A stretch of DNA of 64,000 nt from an uncultured Bacteroidaceae bacterium (GCA_905235285.1 CAJOLI010000013.1:6116-70115), one strand, 5' to 3'; counted from the stretch's first letter, positions 9,547 through 18,323 are shown. Translations and numbers: made by a program. Notes: generated by a model not told the origin, from the sequence alone.

Positions 9547-12500
9547 TTAGAACCCTACCGTCACGCCCAGCGTGAAGTAGCGGGCACGTGGCGTTCGGTT
9601 GTTGTCCTTAGCGACGCCGAAGTCGCTGCCACTTGGCGAGATCTCGGGGTCGGCGCCCGTGTATTTGGTGAGGGTGAGCATATTGTTGAGCGTGAGGCTC
9701 AGCATCAGGCTGTTCAGTCCTGCACGTTTGATCAGGTTCGGGTCGAAGTTATAGTTGACGGTCACCTGCTTCAGGCGGAGGAACGAGCCGCTCTCGACGA
9801 AGCGGTCGCTGGCGAGCCAGTTGTAGCCGCTCTGGTAGAGGGCTCGCGGCATGTCGGTGACGTCGCCGTCCTTGCGCCAGCGCCAGTTGGTGGCGATGCT
9901 CTGGTTGTTGGTAGAGTACATGTTCTCATTGTACATCCGTCCATAGTTGATGACCTTTGAGCCCAGGCGGAAGTTGGCCCACGTGTTGACGGTCAGTCGT
10001 CGCCAGCGGATGGTGAAGCCGAAGCCGCCGTCCAGCTTGGGGTTGGAGTTGCCGAGATAGACGATGTCCAGCTCGTCGATAGTACCGTCGTGGTTGACGT
10101 CCTCGTAGACCGCATCGCCGCCACGGAAGCGGTAGTTGGTACGTCCGTAGTCGAAGTACATCGGGATGGTCTCACCCTTGCCGTCGAGCACCGGCTGTCC
10201 GCGGTCATCGCGCACGACGGGCGCATTGGGACCCGAGACACCCGCGTTCTCCACGGCGCTGTACTTGTCGTACTGGTAGACCCCGCGATAGCGAAAGCCG
10301 TAGATGCTGCCGAAGGCGTTCTCCACCTGAATGCGGTTCAGATAGCTGCCATTGGCGGGAGAGAACTCAGCCTGATAGCTGCTGAGCACCATGGGGTCGA
10401 GCTCCTTGATCGTGTTGCGGTAGTTGGAGAGGTTGACGCTGACGTCCAGCTGCCAGTCGCCCCGCCTGAGCATACGGTTGGTGGACAGCTCCAGTTCCCA
10501 TCCGTTGTTGTCCATCGTGCCCGCATTGATGTAGCTGATGCTGCCGAAGCCGGTGCTCGAGGGGATGGTCTGATTGGCGAAGAGCAGGTCGGAGGTGCGG
10601 CGGTGGTAAGCGTTCAGGACCAGGCGGTAGCGGTAGTCTAGGAAGTTGAGCTCCAAGCCTGCGTTGAGGCTCGACGAGCGTTCCCATCGCAGGTTGCTCA
10701 GCTGCAGGCTGGCCGGCTTGATGGTGGGCAGGTCGACATAGTTGGAGCCGTAGCTGTCGTAGCGGCTGTAGCAGAGGTATTCGCGGTCGGGGCGGTTGCC
10801 CGTCACGCCCCATCCCAGTCGCAGGCTACCCTCAGAGAACCACTTGTCAGCAGCCCGCCGCATCCAGGGCTCGCTCGTGAAGATCCATTTGGCCGCGAAG
10901 GAGGGGAAGAAGCCCCATCGGTTGTCCTGCCCGAAACGGCTGCTGCCGTCCCATCGCGCACTCGCATCGACGACGTAGCAGTCCAGCAGCTTGTAGTGGC
11001 CGCTGACGAGGCAGGCCATGTTGCGACCTTGGTTCTTGGCACTGTAGAACGACTCGGGCACCATGCGCCCGCCTGTGCTGACGTCCATGGCTGTGGCCGA
11101 GGGCAGACCGTAGCGTTCGAACTGCTGAATCTTGCCGTGGCCGACGTCCATCTGCCATGAGGCGTAGAGCATGAGGCTGTGGTCGTCGCCCAGGCGGGGC
11201 ACGTAGGTCAGGTTGTGGTCGGTGTAGATGGTCATGGCCTCGCTCTCGCGCTGGTAGCTGCGACCCACGGCGCCGTCAGTCCAAGGCCGCGTAGACGTCT
11301 CGCGAGGGCGGAACTTGGCATCCTTGACGTTCTCGCTGTCGAACTTGACATAGCCTTGGTAGCGCAGGCGCCCGTCGTCGTCGGGGTCAAGAAAGTCGTA
11401 GCGCAGGCGCAGCGTCGGCATGATGCGCATATTAGTCTGCTGATACGAGGCCAGCTTGGCGATGGCCACAGGGTTGGCCAAGTCCTTCTGGTCGGCATTG
11501 AGCACCGAACTCTGAGCGATGTTGAAGAACTCGCCCGTAGCAGCTCCGTCGGTATCGCGGCGGTAGATGGCAGCATTGGGCATCTTCTTGTAGGCGATGC
11601 TCAGCAGGCCGTCGACCGAGCCGTCGTTGTAGTTCCTGTCGTTGTCGGTATAGGTGAGGCCGAACTCCGAGGCGAACATCAGTCGGCGCGAGACGTTGTA
11701 CTCCAAGTTCATGTTGCCCGTGAAGCGGCTCAGGCCCTGCCCGATGACCGTTCCCGTCTGGCGGTAGTAGCCGAGCGAGGTGCGGAAGCGTGCACGCTCG
11801 CCGCCGCCCTGCAGGGAGATGAGGTGGTCGTGCGTCCAGCCCGTCTGGCGGACGGCATCCACCCAGTCGGTGTTCTGCGTGAAATTGTTGAAGTCGGCAG
11901 CCGTGCCATAGGCAGTGAGGAACTGCTGGCGGTCGTAGCTGTACTCGGGGATACGGACATCCTCGCGATAGGCGTTGAAGTAAGCCTGTTTCATCAGCAT
12001 CGTGTACTCGTCGCCATCGAGCAGCGGAGCTCCCTTGGGCTGCCAGTTGCCCGAGAGACGATAGCTGTAGGTGACGCGGGTGGGACCTGTCACACCCTTC
12101 TTTGTCGTGATGTTGATGACGCCGTTGGCGCCACGGGCGCCCCAGATGGCGCAGGCCGCGCCGTCCTTCAGCACCGTCACCTCCGCGATGTCGTCGGGAC
12201 TGATGCACAGGAGGTTGGCAAACTGTTCGTTGTCGGCATTGGCGAAGTCGAAGCCCTCGGTGTTGCTCTCGAAGGGGATGTTGTTGACCAGGATGAGCGG
12301 CTCGTTGTTGCTGTTGATACTGGTGATGCCGCGGATGCGCATCGTCGTGCCGCTGCCGAGGTCGCCCGAGTTGGCCACGATGTCGAGACCCGCTATGCGT
12401 CCTTGCAGCGCATCGTCAATGCTGGTGACCGACATACCTTCAAGCCGCTCGGTCGAGAAACGTTGCATGGCGCCCGTGTACTCGCGCTCAGGGATCGACA

Positions 12501-12864
12501 TGCCGCCCGACGAGACGGTGCGTGTGGCTTTCACGACGACCTCCGTGAGCACGTTCTTGGCCTTCAGCATCACGTTGACCTTGCGCTGCCCGCGAATCGG
12601 TACCACCTGTTTCGTATAGCCCACGTAGCTGAACATGAGGTCGTTGTCGGTGGACTTCACCGCGATGGAGAAGTTGCCGTCGAAGTCGGTCTGAACAGCC
12701 GTAAGGATGCGCCCGTTCTTGTCCTGTTCGGCCACTGAGGCGGCAATGAGACCGTCAGGCTCATCATCACCGATGACGCGGCCCGTGATGATGGTCTGAG
12801 CGCTCAGGCGAAGCGAGAATGCGGCAAGCAGCAGCATGATAAGAAACCATTTATGATTTACCAT
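9547..12864 (-). CDS. SusC/RagA-type TonB-dependent outer-membrane transporter
   Basis: 1105 aa with a signal peptide and a CarboxypepD_reg segment (ITGRVIGDDEPDGLI...DFDGNFSI). The plug is TMRIRGITSINSNNEPLILVNNIPF. The C-terminus is the typical barrel end YFTLGVTVGF. Confidence 0.9.
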   Translation of the reverse strand: MVNHKWFLIMLLLAAFSLRLSAQTIITGRVIGDDEPDGLIAASVAEQDKNGRILTAVQTDFDGNFSIAVKSTDNDLMFSYVGYTKQVVPIRGQRKVNVMLKAKNVLTEVVVKATRTVSSGGMSIPEREYTGAMQRFSTERLEGMSVTSIDDALQGRIAGLDIVANSGDLGSGTTMRIRGITSINSNNEPLILVNNIPFESNTEGFDFANADNEQFANLLCISPDDIAEVTVLKDGAACAIWGARGANGVINITTKKGVTGPTRVTYSYRLSGNWQPKGAPLLDGDEYTMLMKQAYFNAYREDVRIPEYSYDRQQFLTAYGTAADFNNFTQNTDWVDAVRQTGWTHDHLISLQGGGERARFRTSLGYYRQTGTVIGQGLSRFTGNMNLEYNVSRRLMFASEFGLTYTDNDRNYNDGSVDGLLSIAYKKMPNAAIYRRDTDGAATGEFFNIAQSSVLNADQKDLANPVAIAKLASYQQTNMRIMPTLRLRYDFLDPDDDGRLRYQGYVKFDSENVKDAKFRPRETSTRPWTDGAVGRSYQRESEAMTIYTDHNLTYVPRLGDDHSLMLYASWQMDVGHGKIQQFERYGLPSATAMDVSTGGRMVPESFYSAKNQGRNMACLVSGHYKLLDCYVVDASARWDGSSRFGQDNRWGFFPSFAAKWIFTSEPWMRRAADKWFSEGSLRLGWGVTGNRPDREYLCYSRYDSYGSNYVDLPTIKPASLQLSNLRWERSSSLNAGLELNFLDYRYRLVLNAYHRRTSDLLFANQTIPSSTGFGSISYINAGTMDNNGWELELSTNRMLRRGDWQLDVSVNLSNYRNTIKELDPMVLSSYQAEFSPANGSYLNRIQVENAFGSIYGFRYRGVYQYDKYSAVENAGVSGPNAPVVRDDRGQPVLDGKGETIPMYFDYGRTNYRFRGGDAVYEDVNHDGTIDELDIVYLGNSNPKLDGGFGFTIRWRRLTVNTWANFRLGSKVINYGRMYNENMYSTNNQSIATNWRWRKDGDVTDMPRALYQSGYNWLASDRFVESGSFLRLKQVTVNYNFDPNLIKRAGLNSLMLSLTLNNMLTLTKYTGADPEISPSGSDFGVAKDNNRTPRARYFTLGVTVGF

Positions 12865-12915
12865 TTACGATTTACAATTTAGTTGACAAGTTAACAAGTT
12901 GACAAGTTGACTAGT
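12863..12915. repeat. Short tandem arrays forming the susC 5' leader: (ATTTACR)x3 then (TRACAAGT)x4
   Basis: The sequence catttacg atttaca atttagt tgacaagt taacaagt tgacaagt tgactagt abuts the susC start codon (12862-12864). Confidence 0.7.
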
Positions 12916-12916
12916 A

Positions 12917-13074
12917 GACTCTCCCCCCGCCCTCCAAGACTCTCCCCCCGCCCTCCCTGTTAGGGAGGGAGCGGAATGTATTAGACTGAATGAAAGATAT
13001 CTGCCCTCAAAGGTGATCGCTCCCTCCCTAACAGGGAGGGCGGGGGGAGAGTCTTGGAGGGCGGGGGGAGAGTC
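12917..13074. repeat. Nested palindromic (MITE/REP/RPE-like) element, copy 1
   Basis: Two tandem 19-mers GACTCTCCCCCCGCCCTCC (12917-35, 12938-56) are followed by the mini-palindrome CCCTCCCTGTTAGGGAGGG and a ~45-nt core. The inverted arm then carries two inverted 19-mers (13035-53, 13056-74). The core and arms are about 90% identical to 18408..18523. Confidence 0.85.
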
Positions 13075-13077
13075 AAC

Positions 13078-15753
13078 TTATTTATTATAGGGTGCTACGC
13101 GGTCGACGACGTGGATGACGGCGCGGCTGGAGGCAAGTATATTGTTTGCACGTTGCGGGTCCTTATTGTCTACGATGAGGTCGCGAGCCCAGACGTTATA
13201 CAAAGCGGGATCAGAGGTCACTACGTGCGCAGCATCGTCGGTGCCAAAGGTGAGGCCGTCGCCAGCCGAAGTGATCGTGACGGGGATGAACTGACCACCC
13301 GCCCTACGGGCGGCGGTGTAGTAGGTGCGCGTCCACGAGCCAGTGCCTACGGGCACGGCGCCGTCGATGAAATGGAAACGCAGGAAGTTGAGCAGATAGA
13401 GGCAGCGGGCTTTCTTCACTGCGGGGTCGTCCTCCATCGTGATCTGTTCCCATGTCCACAGGTCGGCATCGGCGCGGAAGGCCGCCTCGATGGCCTCGTT
13501 GGTAGGCACGAGAACGGTGTAGCGGTAGTTGTTGAAGGAGGTCACGGTCTGTCCTACGCCGCTGGACTGCTCGGTGGTCTGCTGATCAAAGATGGCCTGG
13601 ACATCCTTGTCGTCCTTGAAGTAGGCGTAGACGGCGGGGTCGCCCAGCAGGAGCTGGAAGAAGCGGCTGTAGGCTGCGTTGTCGCGCAGAGTCGTGTAGA
13701 CAGAGCGCGCCGGGTCTTGCAGGATGCGGTCGATGAAGAAGGTGTGGCTGTTCGTGGTGACGTAGATGCTGTCGGCAAGTCGGGCGGCGGGCAGCCCGAG
13801 CTCGGCATCGCCGACACCAGCGAACTGGGTGGCGAGGCCGCGGCCGCCGGCACGACGGATGACGGTGCCGCCCTTGGTGAGGTAGAAGGTCTTGTCGCCA
13901 GCGTCCATGAAGCCTGACATGGGTTCGTCCTCGGTGTCGGCTACGACGATGTGCGCGTCGATGATGTCGCGCAGGCGGTTCTGGATGCGGCTCTGGTCGG
14001 CCGACGACGTGCCGATGGTGCGCTGCAGCGCGCCGCGGCTACCGTCGGGGTTGACGGCATAAACGTCGGCCAGGATGCGGTCGCCGCCCATGCGGAAGCC
14101 CCATATCTCGCGGTTGTCCACGCCCGTGTTGGCGCAGATGCTCCAGGAGATGGGCTCGGCATAGTAGCGCACAGCCGAGTCGGTGGGTACGAGCAGGTTG
14201 TACTGGTTCTCCAGGGAGCGCAGGTAGAGGTGGAATTTCAGCTCGTCGTTCTCGTCGATGGCTGCCTTCATGACGCGCGTGACGGGAGAGGTCAGCGTGG
14301 GGGCGTAGGCGCATTTGTAGTCGATGGGCGGGAAGCAGGTGTTGGTGAAGTAGACGAGACCGTTGCAACCCTGCGCCGTGCCGACGATGCAGTCGCGCCG
14401 CACGTTCATCAGGTTGCCTTTCTGGTCGGCCAGGTTGTCCCAGTCATTGGGCAGCGAACCGACGAACGATTTCAGTTGATGGTTCTTGATGAACTTACAG
14501 AGGACATCGATGGGTACGTTGTCCCACGTGCCATAGACCTTGCGAAGGAATGCTCCGTCGTTGCCGTTCCAGTAGGCACGCATAGCCTCGTCGGTAGGCA
14601 CGAGCATGACGCCCATATCGGTGGGCGCACCCAGATGGTTGTAGGCGGGGTCGAAATAGAGCAACCTGTCGTCGGTGAGCGTCTCGGCTTCGCGTCCGGG
14701 CTGCTGCGGCGTCTGCGTGCAGGCTCCTGCGGCATTGTCGTTGAAATAGCGGCGGACGTAGACCGTGTCGGTCACATAGTCGTTCATCTCGTCGGCACGG
14801 ACGGTGACATCTATGTCGGCATCGTAGTAGGGTGCCGAGAACTTGTTCATCAGCAGGGCGAACAGGCTGGTAGCGGCATTGTCTTCGATGAGCTCGGCCA
14901 TATTGGGCAACGCTGTCACCACCTCGTCGGCAGGGTGGAGGTAGCCGTTCTTGCAGGTCGTGTTCTTCGCCTCCTCGCGTACGCGCGCTCCATTTACGTA
15001 GAAACCTTTTTCCTCGTAGGGCGCCCCACCGCCAATGAGTTCCCAGTCGGCCTCCGTGATGCCGCGTTTCTGCATGAAGGCAGGCGTGAAGATGACATCG
15101 GGGCGGGCCTCGTTGTCCACAATCCATGCACCACCGCGTTGGGCGAAGCGTGCCCACCACTTGGTGGCTGGCAGACGGTCAGCATCGAAGTGCCGGATGC
15201 GGTCGTAGATGGTAGACGAGGCGTCGCGCAGCACGGCCATTCCCTCGCCGTCATCGTCGCTGTTGGCGTTGGGCACGTTGGCCAACATCTTGTCCAGATA
15301 GGCCATATTGAGCATCGAGGCATTGAAAAGGTAGTTGGCATCGGCACGCGTGAGGCCGACGGCTATGTCGGTAGGCGAAGAGCCATTAAGGCCATGAGCG
15401 CTGAAATAGCGGGCATAAGCGTCGTCGGTAGCAGGGAAGAGCGTCTTGCTGCCCGTCCGGGCAAGGGTGCCGTCGAGGCCGAGGCGGTCGATGAGCGTCA
15501 GGTAGGTGGCATAGTGCCCGTCGGCTCGCAGCCAGTCATAGACGCTGCTCCCTAACCATGTAGGTTCCTCGTTGTCGTAGGCGTAGTCATCGCGGCACGA
15601 CGAGAAGCCCAGCATCGTCAGCGCCAGCAGCAGAATGCTTCCGAGGCATTGGCGGCGCCAGCGGCGGGGACGGCTCGACAAGCTCACGTCAGGACGCTTC
15701 GACAAGCTCGCGCCAAGACGGCTAAGGTGAAGTTGTTGGATGAGTGTGATCAT
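13078..15753 (-). CDS. Multi-FAS1 (fasciclin) domain lipoprotein
   Basis: 891 aa with repeated FAS1 signatures (GSKTLFPATDDAYARYF; YTVLVPTNEAIEAAF...AVIHVVDRV) and a lipobox MLGFSSC. The N-terminal 35 aa carry a repeat motif, and an alternative GTG start exists at 15687. Confidence 0.7.
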   Translation of the reverse strand: MITLIQQLHLSRLGASLSKRPDVSLSSRPRRWRRQCLGSILLLALTMLGFSSCRDDYAYDNEEPTWLGSSVYDWLRADGHYATYLTLIDRLGLDGTLARTGSKTLFPATDDAYARYFSAHGLNGSSPTDIAVGLTRADANYLFNASMLNMAYLDKMLANVPNANSDDDGEGMAVLRDASSTIYDRIRHFDADRLPATKWWARFAQRGGAWIVDNEARPDVIFTPAFMQKRGITEADWELIGGGAPYEEKGFYVNGARVREEAKNTTCKNGYLHPADEVVTALPNMAELIEDNAATSLFALLMNKFSAPYYDADIDVTVRADEMNDYVTDTVYVRRYFNDNAAGACTQTPQQPGREAETLTDDRLLYFDPAYNHLGAPTDMGVMLVPTDEAMRAYWNGNDGAFLRKVYGTWDNVPIDVLCKFIKNHQLKSFVGSLPNDWDNLADQKGNLMNVRRDCIVGTAQGCNGLVYFTNTCFPPIDYKCAYAPTLTSPVTRVMKAAIDENDELKFHLYLRSLENQYNLLVPTDSAVRYYAEPISWSICANTGVDNREIWGFRMGGDRILADVYAVNPDGSRGALQRTIGTSSADQSRIQNRLRDIIDAHIVVADTEDEPMSGFMDAGDKTFYLTKGGTVIRRAGGRGLATQFAGVGDAELGLPAARLADSIYVTTNSHTFFIDRILQDPARSVYTTLRDNAAYSRFFQLLLGDPAVYAYFKDDKDVQAIFDQQTTEQSSGVGQTVTSFNNYRYTVLVPTNEAIEAAFRADADLWTWEQITMEDDPAVKKARCLYLLNFLRFHFIDGAVPVGTGSWTRTYYTAARRAGGQFIPVTITSAGDGLTFGTDDAAHVVTSDPALYNVWARDLIVDNKDPQRANNILASSRAVIHVVDRVAPYNK
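15675..15719 (+). repeat. Tandem pair of the 21-nt motif TCGACAAGCTCACGTCAGGAC (second copy 18/21)
   Basis: 15675-15695 is an exact reverse complement of 4292-4312. 15699-15719 reads TCGACAAGCTCGCGCCAAGAC. Confidence 0.8.
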
Positions 15754-15777
15754 TTTGCTTGTAGTTTATCGTGCTGG

Positions 15778-15785
15778 CAAAGGTA
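15778..15785 (-). promoter_or_regulatory. -7 promoter box TACCTTTG (Bacteroidetes TAnnTTTG) for the FAS1-susC operon
   Basis: Exact match 25 nt upstream of the start at 15753. A TTTG (-33-like) lies 19 nt further upstream on the same strand. Confidence 0.5.
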
Positions 15786-15867
15786 CGGCTTAAATATGCT
15801 TGCACAAACGTAACGTTGAGTTATTTTTTAACACAAATGCTCCAAAAAGCCTCTCCAAGCTGTTCTT

Positions 15868-18141
15868 TCAGAGTTCGAGCAGGGTGCCACGGTGCTTGGA
15901 GGTGAGCAGGAAGCGGAGCGTCCCGCCTTGCAGCAAATCGTGATGCGAGAGGATCGGGCGTTTCAATTTCTGCCCATTCCATCGAATTTCCTTAAGATAA
16001 ATGGCATCCTTTCCTTGGCGAGATGTCTCGATGCGGAAGACCTTTCCATCGGACAGGTTAATTGTTGCTTCCTCGACCGAGGGTGCGAAAAGGACATACT
16101 CGGCCGAGGCCGGATTGAGGGGGTAGAGGCCTAAGGCTGCGAAGACATACCAGGCTGACATCTCGCCACAATCGTCATTGCCGATGTAACCGCTGACCTC
16201 GTCATTGTACATCGTCCGACGGATATAGTCCACGAGTTGGTCAGTCTTCTGAGGCTGACCGGCGAGGGTATAGAGGAAGGCTACGTGGTGGCTGGGCTCG
16301 TTGCCGTGGGCATACAGCCCGATGAAACCGCTGGCATTGTCGTTTCTGTCGCCGCTGGTGTCCTTGCAAGTGAAGAAATAGTCCAGCTGGTTCAGGAAGT
16401 GCTTCTGCCCGCCACTGAGGCTGATGAGGCCGTCGATGTCATGTTGCACCGACCAACGCCATTGCCAGGCGTTGCCTTCGGTGTAGGCGCTGCCGCCGTT
16501 GGCTCCGTAGCGCAGCGGGTCGAAGCCTTCGATCCAGTAGCCTTTGTCGTCTTTGGGTTGGAACAGGTCCGACTCGGTGTTGTAGAGGTTGCGATAGTTG
16601 CGGGCGAGGGTGTCAAAATGTTCCATTTCATCGGTCAGGCCGAGACGTTCGGCCAGACGAGCGGCGCACCAATCGTCGTAAGCGTCTTCGAGGGTGATGC
16701 TTACGCTTTGCGTCTGCTGGTTTTCGGGCATATAGCCCAGACGCTCCCACAACGGCCATGGCGAGTCGCGATGGGGCGTGGTGAGTGTCCGCTGGATGGC
16801 GCGCCAGGCGGCGTGCTCGTCAATGCCCGGCACTTCCTTGCGTATGGCTTCGACGATGATGCTGACGGCGTGGTTGCCAATCATACAATAATTATCCTGC
16901 CCCCACAGTTCCCAGATAGGCAGATAGCCGTAGTGTCCAGCGTGGTCGATCATGGACATGACCATATCGGCAGCCCGGGCGGGTTGCAGCAGGTCGTAGA
17001 GGGCATGGGCTGCACGATAGGTGTCCCAGATGCTGAACATCGTGTAGAAGGCGTGTCCCTCACGCGCGTGTCCTATAGCATAATCGGCGCGCACGTAGTC
17101 GCCATTCACGTCGCTGAACGCTGATGGCTGCTGCATGGCGTGGTAGAGAGCCGTGTAGAAGATGGTGGTGGCGGCACTCCCACTGAAGCGGGCGTTGATG
17201 CCGCCGAGCACAGCCTCCCACTGCTGGCGGGCACTGGCGCAGAGCGCGTCGAAGCTTCGGCCTGAGGTCTCTTGTTCACGGTTGAGGCGGGCATTCTCCA
17301 TGCTGACGGCTGAGATGCCTACTTGGGCTTCCAACTCGCGACCTTCGCTGGCGAAGGTGAAGGTGGCCTTGAGGTCGGTGCCGTTGACGAAGAAGGATGG
17401 CGCGCCGCCGACTCCCAGTTCGCGCCCGTCGTTCCAGCCATGGACGGCGACGATGGGCTTGGAGAAACGGATGCTGAAGCACACCTTGCGCAAGGGAGCC
17501 CAGCCGGTGATGAGGCGATAGCCCTCAACGGTGTGGGCATCGACGATGCGCAGTTGGGCTTTCTCTATGCGGCGGCCCCACGACCCTTTGGCGGCAGAGT
17601 GGTCGAGGTCGAGATAGACTTGCTGACTTGCACCCACGGCGTAGGTGTAGCGATGAACGCCCGTATGGGTAGCGGCCGTCAACTCGGCAAGGATATCGTC
17701 ATCGGTGAGGCGGACGGCATAGTAGCCTGGGTGCGCCTGCTCGCTTGCATGATCAATGGTGACGTGACGGCTTTCGGAGCTGGTAGGAAGCATGAGGATG
17801 TCTATGAGGTCGGCGGCTCCTGTGCCCGAGAGGTGGGTGTGCGAGAAACCGTAGATGACTGTTTCCTCGTAGGCATAGCCTGCAGGACAGTCCCAGTCGG
17901 GGGCTTCGCGCGTGTCGGGCGACAGCTGCACCAACCCGAAAGGAACAGTAGCTCCAGGGTAGTTATTACCTCGCAAGGCCCCTTCGATACGGCCTGTGCC
18001 GATGAACGGATTGACGTAGTCGGTCAGCCTGGCTGCCCCGAGAGCGGGCTGCGCACTGGCGTTCTCACACTTCAGACTGCCTGCCACGGCTGTCATGGCG
18101 AGAAAGAGGATGAATGTTTTCGCGATTGAAGGTGTTCTCAT
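15868..18141 (-). CDS. GH92 alpha-mannosidase family protein
   Basis: GH92 signatures YPGATVPFGLVQLSPDT and HGNEPSHHVAFLY. The likely start is MRTPSIAKTFILFLAM at 18141; the upstream 38 codons of the track ORF cross the promoter. Confidence 0.85.
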   Translation of the reverse strand: MRTPSIAKTFILFLAMTAVAGSLKCENASAQPALGAARLTDYVNPFIGTGRIEGALRGNNYPGATVPFGLVQLSPDTREAPDWDCPAGYAYEETVIYGFSHTHLSGTGAADLIDILMLPTSSESRHVTIDHASEQAHPGYYAVRLTDDDILAELTAATHTGVHRYTYAVGASQQVYLDLDHSAAKGSWGRRIEKAQLRIVDAHTVEGYRLITGWAPLRKVCFSIRFSKPIVAVHGWNDGRELGVGGAPSFFVNGTDLKATFTFASEGRELEAQVGISAVSMENARLNREQETSGRSFDALCASARQQWEAVLGGINARFSGSAATTIFYTALYHAMQQPSAFSDVNGDYVRADYAIGHAREGHAFYTMFSIWDTYRAAHALYDLLQPARAADMVMSMIDHAGHYGYLPIWELWGQDNYCMIGNHAVSIIVEAIRKEVPGIDEHAAWRAIQRTLTTPHRDSPWPLWERLGYMPENQQTQSVSITLEDAYDDWCAARLAERLGLTDEMEHFDTLARNYRNLYNTESDLFQPKDDKGYWIEGFDPLRYGANGGSAYTEGNAWQWRWSVQHDIDGLISLSGGQKHFLNQLDYFFTCKDTSGDRNDNASGFIGLYAHGNEPSHHVAFLYTLAGQPQKTDQLVDYIRRTMYNDEVSGYIGNDDCGEMSAWYVFAALGLYPLNPASAEYVLFAPSVEEATINLSDGKVFRIETSRQGKDAIYLKEIRWNGQKLKRPILSHHDLLQGGTLRFLLTSKHRGTLLEL

Positions 18142-18168
18142 ATAGATGGAACTTCTTGTTTTCCGTTG

Positions 18169-18176
18169 CAAAGATA
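18169..18176 (-). promoter_or_regulatory. -7 promoter box TATCTTTG for GH92
   Basis: Exact TAnnTTTG match 28 nt upstream of the ATG at 18141. Confidence 0.5.
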
Positions 18177-18255
18177 GTTTGTCGTCTCGTTGTCTGCCGT
18201 GAAACCTTGCGTCCCTTTTTACGCCAGATGCGTCAATAGTCCATTTGCGATGCAT

Positions 18256-18272
18256 TTATTTGCATCAAATAA
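18256..18272. promoter_or_regulatory. 17-bp palindrome TTATTTG-CAT-CAAATAA in the divergent GH92/HTCS control region
   Basis: Perfect 7-bp arms lying between the two -7 boxes. Confidence 0.35.
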
Positions 18273-18294
18273 GCATTTGTTCCCCCTTTTTTTG

Positions 18295-18302
18295 TACCTT
18301 TG
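18295..18302 (+). promoter_or_regulatory. -7 promoter box TACCTTTG for the HTCS gene
   Basis: Exact match 22 nt upstream of the ATG at 18324. The track ORF start at 18300 is a TTG lying inside this box. Confidence 0.5.
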
Positions 18303-18323
18303 CATCGAAAAACCCGATTCACT

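Noticed and set aside
18300-18323. TTG start of the HTCS ORF; similarly the TTG at 49265 for the kinase and the extensions at 18142-18255, 22725-22967 and 5959-6027
   Set aside because: The TTG triplets are the TTTG of the TAnnTTTG -7 boxes themselves. Downstream ATGs give canonical signal peptides. The other extensions read through promoters or repeat elements.
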